Below are positions 10,829-18,861 of a stretch of 24,156 nt of DNA, piece after piece. A model generated the notes under the pieces. It made no database searches. It was not told the origin of the DNA and saw only the letters and a program-made list of their open reading frames with translations. The DNA is taken from positions 1 through 24,156 of the forward strand of contig JANNHN010000210.1 of assembly GCA_031404395.1 (NCBI GenBank). Reading direction: 5' to 3'. The position numbers were made by a program, and so were the translations under genes. How positions within the stretch are numbered: position 1 is the first letter of the stretch; each line of letters begins with the position of its first letter. The DNA comes from Betaproteobacteria bacterium. GTDB taxonomy: Bacteria; Pseudomonadota; Gammaproteobacteria; Burkholderiales; SG8-41.

Positions 10829-10857
10829 TTAATAGATAAGCTGGCATCCGCTACACT
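10829..10857 (+). promoter_or_regulatory. Putative sigma70 promoter of the mutase operon
   Basis: TTAATA (10829-10834), 17 nt, TACACT (10852-10857). RBS AAGGA at 10880-10884 precedes the GTG at 10890. Confidence 0.5.
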
Positions 10858-10889
10858 AATGCCCTGACTTAACGCCAATAAGGAACGTC

Positions 10890-11987
10890 GTGATCGAAAG
10901 TATTACCGTGTTCCGGCTGGCAGTACCGCTGACCAAACCCTATCGCCTCGCGTTCGGTGCAGTCGAACGCTACGACACGCTCATCGTTGAGATGACGGAT
11001 CGTGACGGTCGTCGCGGCCTCGGCGAAGCGACGGTGCTCACTGGCTACACCGACGAAACTATCGACGACTGCTGGCGCGTGGCGAGCGACATTGCGCAGA
11101 AACTCGCGGGCCGTGATCTGCAGGCTGCGCGCTCGCTGCTCCTGGCTCTGGCCGCAACCCATCCCTTCACCGCCACTGCATTCGGCACTGCTGTTGAAAT
11201 GATCGAGGGCAGCAGCTTTTTCGCAATAACGCAAAACACGCCCGTGCCGCTGGTCGGGCTGCTGGATGCCAAGGATGAAGCCGGCCTGCACGCCGAGGCC
11301 GACCGCCTGCTGGCGGAAGGCTACCGCACCTTCAAACTCAAAGTCGGCTTCAACGCCGCTGCCGATATTGAGAAAGTGCGCATGGCGCAACGGGCCGTGC
11401 GCGGTCGTGCCGCCCTTCGCATCGACGCCAATCAGGGTTACACCGCTGAGCAAGGCGTCGCATTCGTGCGCGCACTCGACCCTGCAGGCATAGAACTCTT
11501 TGAGCAGCCTTGCCCCGCCGGCGACTGGGAATCGCATCTCGCAGTAGCCAAAGCGGCCAGTGTGCCGCTGATGCTCGACGAATCGATTTACGGCATGGCC
11601 GATATCGAGAAAGCCGCCACACTGAAGTGCGCAACCTACATCAAACTAAAACTGATGAAGCTCGTCACGCTGGATGCATTGGCGCGCGCATTGGAACGTA
11701 TTCGCGAACTCGGCATGAAACCCGTACTCGGCAACGGTGTTGCCGCCGATCTGGGTTGCTGGCTGGAGAGCCTGGTCGCCGCGCGGCACATCGACAACGC
11801 CGGTGAACAGAACGGTTTTCTCAAGGCAAAAACACCGCTGCTGGCTGAGCCGCTGACTTTCGCAGACGGCGCACTGCAGCTCAAAGCGGGTTATGTGCCC
11901 CAACTCGATCCGGACCATATTGCCCGCTACCGCATCGATACGCTGACCTGCACGGCGCGCGGCGCCATCAAGGGAAGAGCGGCGTGA
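10890..11987 (+). CDS. Enolase-superfamily enzyme, muconate-lactonizing-enzyme (MLE) subgroup; function unknown
   Basis: 365 aa. Capping domain (GLGEA), KxK (TFKLKVG), metal ligands in RIDANQG / FEQP / MLDES, Lys in YIKLKLMK, and GEQNG at strand 8. Does not resemble methylaspartate ammonia-lyase. Confidence 0.88.
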   Translation: MIESITVFRLAVPLTKPYRLAFGAVERYDTLIVEMTDRDGRRGLGEATVLTGYTDETIDDCWRVASDIAQKLAGRDLQAARSLLLALAATHPFTATAFGTAVEMIEGSSFFAITQNTPVPLVGLLDAKDEAGLHAEADRLLAEGYRTFKLKVGFNAAADIEKVRMAQRAVRGRAALRIDANQGYTAEQGVAFVRALDPAGIELFEQPCPAGDWESHLAVAKAASVPLMLDESIYGMADIEKAATLKCATYIKLKLMKLVTLDALARALERIRELGMKPVLGNGVAADLGCWLESLVAARHIDNAGEQNGFLKAKTPLLAEPLTFADGALQLKAGYVPQLDPDHIARYRIDTLTCTARGAIKGRAA

Positions 11988-12976
11988 AAGCGGTCGCCAT
12001 CGCGAAATTCGGCGGCCCCGAGAATCTGCAATGGATGGATTGGCCCGACCCTGTGCCGGCCCAAGGCGAAGCGGTGGTCCGCCTCGATTACGCCGGCATC
12101 AATTTCATCGATATTTACATGCGCAGCGGCCATTACGCGCGCTCCCATACCTATCAGACGCCGCTGCCCATGACCATCGGCATGGAAGGCGGCGGCACCA
12201 TCGCCGCTCTGGGCGCAGATGTTAGCGGCTTCAAAATCGGTGACCGCGTTGCTTATTGCATCGTGCGCGGCAGCTACGCGCAATACGCGGCAGTGCCCGC
12301 GTGGAAACTCGTCAAGATTCCGGACGCCGTGCCGCTGCCGGTGGCCACGACTCTGATGCTCCAGGGCAACACTGCGCATTACCTCTCGCACTCGGCATTC
12401 CCGCTGGCGCCCGGCCATATTTGCCTGGTGCATGCCGGCGCAGGCGGCGTCGGACAACTGTTAATCCAGCTTGCCAAACTGCGTGGCGCGACCGTTATCA
12501 CTACAACAGGCAGCCGGGACAAAGCGGAAATCGCCAAACAGCGCGGCGCCGATCATGTCATCCTGTATCGCGATGTCGATTTCCGCGAGGAAGTCATGAA
12601 CATCACCGGCGGCAAAGGCGTCGATGTGGTCTATGACGCTGTCGGCAAGGACACCATCCACAACAGCATCCGCAGTCTGAGAAAACGCGGACTGTGCGTG
12701 AACTACGGCGGCGCCTCGGGGCTGGTGCAATCGATTGAGCCACTGGAGCTAGCCGAAGCCGGATCGGTATTTTTCACGCGTCCGCACCTTGCCGACTACA
12801 TAGGCACCTCTGAAGAATTGAACGCGCGCGCAGCGGACCTGTTTGCGGCTTACACCGCAGGCAAACTCACCGTCGCCATCGACCGCGAATTTGCACTTGC
12901 CGATGCGGCGGCAGCGCACCGCCATCTCGAAGGCCGCGGCACGCGCGGCAAACTGCTGCTCAAGATGACTCACTGA
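11984..12976 (+). CDS. Zeta-crystallin/quinone-oxidoreductase-like NADPH-dependent MDR oxidoreductase
   Basis: GINFIDIYMRSG, LVHAGAGGVGQLL, GVDVVYDAVG and LEGRGTRGKLLL; no Zn ligands. GTGA overlap with the upstream gene. Confidence 0.9.
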   Translation: MKAVAIAKFGGPENLQWMDWPDPVPAQGEAVVRLDYAGINFIDIYMRSGHYARSHTYQTPLPMTIGMEGGGTIAALGADVSGFKIGDRVAYCIVRGSYAQYAAVPAWKLVKIPDAVPLPVATTLMLQGNTAHYLSHSAFPLAPGHICLVHAGAGGVGQLLIQLAKLRGATVITTTGSRDKAEIAKQRGADHVILYRDVDFREEVMNITGGKGVDVVYDAVGKDTIHNSIRSLRKRGLCVNYGGASGLVQSIEPLELAEAGSVFFTRPHLADYIGTSEELNARAADLFAAYTAGKLTVAIDREFALADAAAAHRHLEGRGTRGKLLLKMTH

Positions 12977-13422
12977 TGACCACCAAACCAAAAACACTCG
13001 TTACCGGCGTCATCGGTTCTGACACCCACATCGTCGGCAACCGCATACTGTCGATGGCACTGGAAAAATCCGGCTACAAAGTGGTCGCGCTGGGCGCCCT
13101 CACCCCTTCCACTGACTTCGTGAAAGCTGCGGTTGAAACCGCCGCCGACGCCATCATGGTGTCCTCCCTCTACGGCCAGGGCGAACTCGATTGCCGCGGC
13201 TTCCGCGAATTGTGCATCGAGGCAGGACTCGACGACATCCTGCTCTACGTCGGCGGCAACCTGATTGTCGGCAAACATCCGTGGCCCACGGTAGAAAAAA
13301 TATTCCTCGACATGGGTTTCGACCGTGCAGCAGCACCCGGCACGCGCGCAGAGACCGTGGCTGAGTGGCTCAACAGGGATTTTGCCGCGCGCGCGCAAGG
13401 CCTGCACCGCGCGCCGGACTAG
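12976..13422 (+). CDS. glmS: Glutamate/methylaspartate-mutase-type B12-binding (sigma) subunit (also called MutS/MamA)
   Basis: GVIGSDTHIVGN (DxHxxG base-off/His-on motif), VSSLYGQGELDC and LLYVGGNLIVGK closely match clostridial GlmS as I recall it. TGATG coupling with the upstream gene. Confidence 0.95.
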   Translation: MTTKPKTLVTGVIGSDTHIVGNRILSMALEKSGYKVVALGALTPSTDFVKAAVETAADAIMVSSLYGQGELDCRGFRELCIEAGLDDILLYVGGNLIVGKHPWPTVEKIFLDMGFDRAAAPGTRAETVAEWLNRDFAARAQGLHRAPD

Positions 13423-13442
13423 TGCCTGTTAACAACCATCCC

Positions 13443-14855
13443 ATGAGCGCCGCGCTGCTGATCGACTTTGGATCGACCTACACCAAGCTGCGTGCCATTG
13501 ACCTCGCCGCGCGCAGCGTACTGGGTGCGGGTCAGGGTCCATCCACCGTGACGACCGACATCACCATCGGCATGAAAGCCGCACTCGCCGATCTCGAGCG
13601 GCACCTGGGTGGCCTGCCAAAGTTCAAGTATCGCCTCGCCTCCAGCAGCGCTGCCGGGGGCTTGCGCATGGTGACCGTGGGACTGGTGCGCGAACTCACC
13701 ACCGAAGCGGCGCGGCGTGCGGCGCTGGGCGCGGGCGCCAAACTTGTCGGCACCTTCGCCTATCGCCTCACAACCGCAGATATCAATAAAATCAATATGT
13801 TATCTCCGGATATCCTGTTGCTGGCCGGCGGCACTGACGGCGGCAACAGCGAAGTAATCATTGCCAACGCCAAAAGTCTGGGACGCGCCGCCTTCAACTG
13901 CCCCATTGTTTACGCCGGCAACCGCGCCGCCGAAGAAGACGCCTGCGCTGCGCTCTCAGGCAAAACGGTGATTGTCGCCGAGAACGTCATGCCGGAATTC
14001 AATGTGCTCAACATCGAGCCGGCGCGCGCGGCCATCCGTCGGATATTCATCGACCGCATTGTCCATGCCAAAGGCATAGACCGCGCACAGGCGGATTTCG
14101 ACGCGGTGCTGATGCCCACGCCGGCCGCCGTCATGGAGGGCGCGCGACTCGTCGCCGACGGCATAGACGGGCGCGGCGGACTGGGGCCTCTGCTCATCGT
14201 CGATCCGGGCGGCGCCACAACCGACGTGCATTCGGTTGCCGACGGTGAACCCGCAGAGAACGCCGTCGCCGTCGGTTTGCCGGAGCCGCGCGTGAAGCGT
14301 ACCGTTGAAGGCGACCTTGGCATGCGCCACAACGCGGCCACCATCGCCGAGGTCGCAGGACTTGACCACATCGCAGCCGATGCGGGACTGAAACCAGAGC
14401 GCGCCTCAGCACTTCTCTCCGCAATCGCCCGCGACGTGGAGCGACTACCGCAGACCACGGAAGAAATCGCACTGGATCTGGCGCTGGCGCGCGCTGCCGT
14501 GAAACATGCCGTCGCCCGCCACTGCGGCACAGTAGAAACGGTGCATACCGTCCACGGCGCGGTCATCGTCCAGCACGGCAAGGATCTGAGCCGCATCAGC
14601 GCCGTCATCGGCACCGGCGGAGCCATCGTCTCCAGCAGCGATCCGTACGCGGTGCTGATGATGACGCTTGCCAATCCGGAATCGCCGTTGTCACTGCGAC
14701 CCAAATCGCCGCGTCTGTTGCTCGACCGTCATTACCTGCTCTACGCTTGCGGCTTGCTGAGTACCGCGGATCCGCAGGCTGCACTGGAACTGGCAACCAA
14801 CCACCTCGAACCGCTCACTGAGGAGAAGCCCCATGAACGCGCCCACTGCGCCTGA
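13443..14855 (+). CDS. glmL: Glutamate-mutase accessory protein GlmL/MutL (actin-like ATPase, putative reactivating factor)
   Basis: From ATG 13443: LLIDFGSTYTK, SSAAGGLRM, DILLLAGGTDGGN, DPGGATTDVHS and KRTVEGDLGMR; lies between the S and E subunits. Confidence 0.92.
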   Translation: MSAALLIDFGSTYTKLRAIDLAARSVLGAGQGPSTVTTDITIGMKAALADLERHLGGLPKFKYRLASSSAAGGLRMVTVGLVRELTTEAARRAALGAGAKLVGTFAYRLTTADINKINMLSPDILLLAGGTDGGNSEVIIANAKSLGRAAFNCPIVYAGNRAAEEDACAALSGKTVIVAENVMPEFNVLNIEPARAAIRRIFIDRIVHAKGIDRAQADFDAVLMPTPAAVMEGARLVADGIDGRGGLGPLLIVDPGGATTDVHSVADGEPAENAVAVGLPEPRVKRTVEGDLGMRHNAATIAEVAGLDHIAADAGLKPERASALLSAIARDVERLPQTTEEIALDLALARAAVKHAVARHCGTVETVHTVHGAVIVQHGKDLSRISAVIGTGGAIVSSSDPYAVLMMTLANPESPLSLRPKSPRLLLDRHYLLYACGLLSTADPQAALELATNHLEPLTEEKPHERAHCA

Positions 14856-16323
14856 CGCAGCAACCCGCCTCCCGCTCTCCGAAACATCAATCCCTGACGA
14901 TGTGTTCCACACCATGCGCCAGGAAAACCTGGCGCGCTGGCCGACCGGAGCAGATGTGGATTTCGACGCGGCTGTCGAGCGCCACCGGACACTGCCCAAG
15001 CACAAGCAACTGGCGTGGGTGATGCGCGAAGCTGACCGCCAACGGCGCTGTCTCACCCAGCCGCGCGGCGGCTGCGCCACCTTCGAGATGCACCGCGCCC
15101 TCATGATCGCGCTCGACCGCGAAGGACTCGCCGACGTGGTGCCGACGACGACCGACAGCTATACGCGCAACGAACAATGGCAACTCGCACAACAAGGCAT
15201 CGATGAATCCGAGAAGGCTGGTCGTTCGCTGCTGAACGGCTATCCGATGGTGAACTACGGCGTCGCAAAAGCGCGCGCGCTGGTGGATGCCATCGACAAA
15301 CCCGCCATCATGCTGACCGGCACTTCCATGCCCAAACTGACCGGTGAAATCGGCTACGCCGGCGGTTACTCGGGTTATCTGGGATCAGGCATTGCCTACA
15401 CCACTTCCTATATCAAGGAACTCACGATCGAGGAAGGCATCCGCAATTACCAGTATCTCGATCGTCTGGTGGCGATGTATCAGGCGCATGGCGTCGAGCT
15501 CCACCGCCGGCAGCCGGGCTTTCTCACCGGCACCAACATTCCGCCTTCAATCGCCATCATCACCTGCGTGCTCGACTGCCTGCTTGCCGCGGGGCAAGGC
15601 GTGAAGAACTACGGACTGGAAATGGGCGAAACGATGCACCTCATCCAGGATGCCGCCGCAGTCGCCGCCTGCCGGGAGCTGTGCCAGGAATATCTCGTGA
15701 AAAAGGGATACCACGATGTATTCACGCCCATCACGCTGCTGCACTGGATGGGCGCCTGGCCGCAGGACGACGCGCAAGCGGCGGCGATCATCAGTTACGG
15801 CGGCACGCTCGCCGCGATTGCCGGCGCGAACAGCGTAACCACCAAGAGCACGCATGAAGCCTATGGCATCCCGACGCCGCAGGCGAACGCGGAAGGTCTG
15901 CGCACGACGCGCACGGCAATCTATCTCGCGCGCAACATCCGGCTCGACTCCATGCCTGAATTCCAGACGGAAAAAGATCTCATCAAGCGTGAAGCCCGGG
16001 CGATACTCGACAAGACGCTGGAAATGGGCGACGGCGATGCGGCCATCGGCACGGTGCGCGCCTTCGAGGCCGGCGTACTCGATGTTCCGTGGTCGCCCAA
16101 CCGCCATGTCAAAAGCCGCGTCATGCCGGCACGTGATATCGACGGCTATCTCCGTATCGTCGACCCCGGGCTTATGCCGTTCCCGAAGGACGTCATGGAA
16201 ATCCATGAAGAACGGCTCCGGCTGCGCGCCGAAAAAGAAGGCGTGGAGTACGGCCATGATCTCGCCGTCTCCAGTGTCTATGAAATGGCGGAGCCGATTG
16301 CGAAACTGCTGCCGGACAAATGA
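14833..16323 (+). CDS. glmE: Glutamate-mutase-like catalytic (epsilon) subunit with a divergent substrate pocket
   Basis: 496 aa. WPTG, QPRGG, DSYTR, ESEKAGRSLLNGYP, LTGT, HWMG, KSTHEA and GTVRAFEAGVLDVP are colinear with clostridial GlmE. RBS AGGAGA; 23-nt overlap with glmL. Confidence 0.93.
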   Translation: MNAPTAPDAATRLPLSETSIPDDVFHTMRQENLARWPTGADVDFDAAVERHRTLPKHKQLAWVMREADRQRRCLTQPRGGCATFEMHRALMIALDREGLADVVPTTTDSYTRNEQWQLAQQGIDESEKAGRSLLNGYPMVNYGVAKARALVDAIDKPAIMLTGTSMPKLTGEIGYAGGYSGYLGSGIAYTTSYIKELTIEEGIRNYQYLDRLVAMYQAHGVELHRRQPGFLTGTNIPPSIAIITCVLDCLLAAGQGVKNYGLEMGETMHLIQDAAAVAACRELCQEYLVKKGYHDVFTPITLLHWMGAWPQDDAQAAAIISYGGTLAAIAGANSVTTKSTHEAYGIPTPQANAEGLRTTRTAIYLARNIRLDSMPEFQTEKDLIKREARAILDKTLEMGDGDAAIGTVRAFEAGVLDVPWSPNRHVKSRVMPARDIDGYLRIVDPGLMPFPKDVMEIHEERLRLRAEKEGVEYGHDLAVSSVYEMAEPIAKLLPDK

Positions 16324-16357
16324 ATGTAGAATCAAAACATAATAAAAGGAGGAAAGC

Positions 16358-17317
16358 ATGAACTTACTGATGAAGGGGCTGGTCCTGATTTTCGTCGCCG
16401 GCTGCGCGCCGGTGCTGGCACAAACGTATCCAACGAAACCGGTGCGCATGGTAATCGGCTTCCCGCCCGGCGGCGGCACCGACATCATCGGCCGCATCGT
16501 CGCGCAGAAACTGGCCGAGGGACTGGGGCAGCAGGTCATCGTCGATAATCGCGGCGGCGCCAGCGGCCAGATTGCCGCTGATCTGGTCGCCAAGTCCCCG
16601 CCCGACGGCCACACGGTGATGATGGCGCATATCGGCGCCATGTCCATCCTGCCGTCGCTGTACCCGAAACTGCCCTACGATCCGGTGCGGGATTTTGCGC
16701 CGATCAGCCTGGTCGCAACCAGCCCCAATCTGGTGGTCGTACATCCATCGCTGCCGGTCAAGAACATCAAGGAATTGATCGCCCTCGCCAAGGCGCGTCC
16801 CGACCAATTGCATTACGCATCGCCGGGGGCAGGCCTGGTACAGCATCTCGCAGGCGAACTGTTCAACCTGCGCGCGAAGGTGAAAATAGTTCACGTTCCG
16901 TACAAGGGCGCCGGCCCTGCCATCGTCGACCTCATCGCCGGCCATGTACAGCTGAGCTTCGATGTGATACCGGCAGCACTTCCCTACGTCAAATCCGGAA
17001 GATTGCGCGCGGTGGCGGTCACCGGCGAAAAACGCACTGCCCTGCTGCCGGATATACCGACCATCAGCGAAAGCGGACTCCCCGGTTTCGATCTTGCCAC
17101 CTGGTGGGGGCTGGTCGCGCCGGCGGCGGTCAACAAAAACATCATCGGGCGTCTGCACGCCGAGACCGTAAAGCTGCTGCCCGGCGTCAAGGATCGCATC
17201 GCCAACGCCGGAGCGGATATCGTGGGCAATTCGCCCGCGGAGTTTGCAGCCTACATACAATCAGAGCGCGAGAAGTACGCGCGCATCGTCAAGGAAGCCA
17301 ACATCAAGATCGATTAG
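16358..17317 (+). CDS. Bug/TctC-family tripartite tricarboxylate transporter substrate-binding protein
   Basis: Signal peptide followed by YPTKPVRMVIGFPPGGGTD, DNRGGASG, HVPYKGAGPA and W-x-G-L-x-A-P; strong RBS AAAGGAGG. Confidence 0.93.
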   Translation: MNLLMKGLVLIFVAGCAPVLAQTYPTKPVRMVIGFPPGGGTDIIGRIVAQKLAEGLGQQVIVDNRGGASGQIAADLVAKSPPDGHTVMMAHIGAMSILPSLYPKLPYDPVRDFAPISLVATSPNLVVVHPSLPVKNIKELIALAKARPDQLHYASPGAGLVQHLAGELFNLRAKVKIVHVPYKGAGPAIVDLIAGHVQLSFDVIPAALPYVKSGRLRAVAVTGEKRTALLPDIPTISESGLPGFDLATWWGLVAPAAVNKNIIGRLHAETVKLLPGVKDRIANAGADIVGNSPAEFAAYIQSEREKYARIVKEANIKID

Positions 17318-17337
17318 CGTATTACTGTTATCGCCGC

Positions 17338-17367
17338 AAAAAAACGGGCGCAAGCGCCCGTTTTTTT
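17338..17367. terminator. Bidirectional Rho-independent terminator
   Basis: A7-CGGGCG-CAAG-CGCCCG-T7 between the convergent bug and hss genes. Confidence 0.9.
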
Positions 17368-17409
17368 GTTGCCGCCCCGACCACATCAACAGGGTCCGCA
17401 TCAACAGTG

Positions 17410-18825
17410 TCAGATCACCCGGATATTCTTGAATTGCCAGGGATCCGAGGTATCCAGATCTTCCGGGAACGGATGGTTGCGGCCCTGCAGCGGCGTCCAG
17501 TCCGAATACGCGCCGACCATCGTGCCGAGATACGGCGCCGCAATTTCCAGTACTCGCCGGAAATCCATGTCGTCCGGATCAATGATGCCGGCGTGTGGAT
17601 TTTCCATGGCCCAGATCACTGCGCCGACTACCCCCGCGGCCACTTGCAGACTGGTCGCATTGTTGTATGGTGCCAGCTTGCGCGCCTCGTGGATCGACAG
17701 CTGCGAACCATACCAGTACGCACCCTTCTTGTGGCCGAGCAGCAACGCGCCCAGTTCATCAGTGCCGTCGGTAATCTCGTCGCGGTACAGCCGCCGTTGT
17801 TCCTGACCCACCCAATGGCGACCCGCAAGTTCATGCACCGACAGCACCGTGTCGTCGCAGGGATGATAGGCATAGTGGCAGGTCGGGCGGTACACCACCC
17901 GGTCGCCGTCGCGCACGGTCAGGTAATCAGATATCGAAATTGCCTCGCCGTGCGTAATCAGAAAACCGTGGAATGCACCCTCGTTGGGCGTCCAGGTGCG
18001 CACGCGCACCGACGCGCCGGGACGATTCAGATAAATCGCCGCCTTGCAGCCAAAATCATGCTCGCGGCCTTCCGGCGGAAAATATTTCTCGTGGCTGCCC
18101 CAACCCAGTTCGCAGGGCTGCGAGCCTTCCCCGATAAAACCGTCCACGGACCAGGTATTCACAAACTCGCCGCGCCGCTTGCGCGGTGAAGCCACCTGGG
18201 TGTCGCGCTCCGAGCAATGAATGCTCTTCACGCCGAGTTCCATGGCCAGTTGCCCCCAGCCGGATTTCGACTGCGGGATATCCGTGCGACCGAGGATGTC
18301 CTGCGAGAGATTGACCAGCGCCTGCTTGACCCAGTGCGAAATCAGGCCGGGATTGGCGCCATGCGTGGGAATGACGGTCGGACCCGCAGGAAATTTCTTG
18401 CGCAACCCCAGCACTTCCTCACGCTGCCCGTAGTTGGAGCGGCGCGACGCCGATACCGACTGATCCGTGTATCCGCCGGCCCACGGCTCAATGCACGAAT
18501 CGAGGTAAAGCACGCCTTTTTCACAGCAGAATTCGATCAGCGCAGAACTCGCCACATCGACCGACAGATTGATCAGGAAATCGCCGCGATCCAGCCGCGA
18601 ATCAAGGATCGCGCGGAAGTTCTCGCGCGTGAGCGGGTTTATTTCGTAACGAATGCCGAACGACTCGGCCTCGGCACGGCCGCGATCATGCCCGGTAATG
18701 ATCGAAATCCGCTCTTTCGGCATGTCGATATGGCGCAGCAACAGCGGCAGAACGCCCTGCGCGACCGAACCGAAGCCGACGAAAACAATGTTTCCCGCGA
18801 ATTTGAAGTGCTTTTTATCTGCCAT
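17410..18825 (-). CDS. hss: Homospermidine synthase
   Basis: 471 aa. Rossmann motif VGFGSVAQG, YLDSCIEPW, HGANPGLISH, EFVNTWSVDGF, YRPTCHYAYHPC and NATSLQV. Confidence 0.93.
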   Translation of the reverse strand: MADKKHFKFAGNIVFVGFGSVAQGVLPLLLRHIDMPKERISIITGHDRGRAEAESFGIRYEINPLTRENFRAILDSRLDRGDFLINLSVDVASSALIEFCCEKGVLYLDSCIEPWAGGYTDQSVSASRRSNYGQREEVLGLRKKFPAGPTVIPTHGANPGLISHWVKQALVNLSQDILGRTDIPQSKSGWGQLAMELGVKSIHCSERDTQVASPRKRRGEFVNTWSVDGFIGEGSQPCELGWGSHEKYFPPEGREHDFGCKAAIYLNRPGASVRVRTWTPNEGAFHGFLITHGEAISISDYLTVRDGDRVVYRPTCHYAYHPCDDTVLSVHELAGRHWVGQEQRRLYRDEITDGTDELGALLLGHKKGAYWYGSQLSIHEARKLAPYNNATSLQVAAGVVGAVIWAMENPHAGIIDPDDMDFRRVLEIAAPYLGTMVGAYSDWTPLQGRNHPFPEDLDTSDPWQFKNIRVI

Positions 18826-18861
18826 TTCATAAACTGGTGTTGTAGTTTTTCGGGAACCCGA

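Noticed and set aside
10552-10889. Cobalamin riboswitch upstream of the B12-mutase operon
   Set aside because: No B12-box or conserved riboswitch core recognisable; the predicted 5' UTR is only about 25 nt.
10890-11987. Calling the enolase-fold gene methylaspartate ammonia-lyase
   Set aside because: It lacks the MAL N-terminal signature and has the KxK / strand-6 Lys layout of the MLE subgroup.
15547-16647. Long antisense or shadow ORFs (15547..16647, 21170..22699, 23386..24153, 7551..8564, 1025..1987, 2018..2992, 17104..18189 and others)
   Set aside because: They overlap well-supported genes, have Arg/Ala/Pro-biased composition and no family motifs; typical of high-GC DNA.
7752-17367. tRNA-Leu as integration site for the mutase cassette (genomic island)
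   Set aside because: No duplicated tRNA 3' end, integrase or IS seen, and core genes (secG, tpiA) lie between the tRNA and the cassette.
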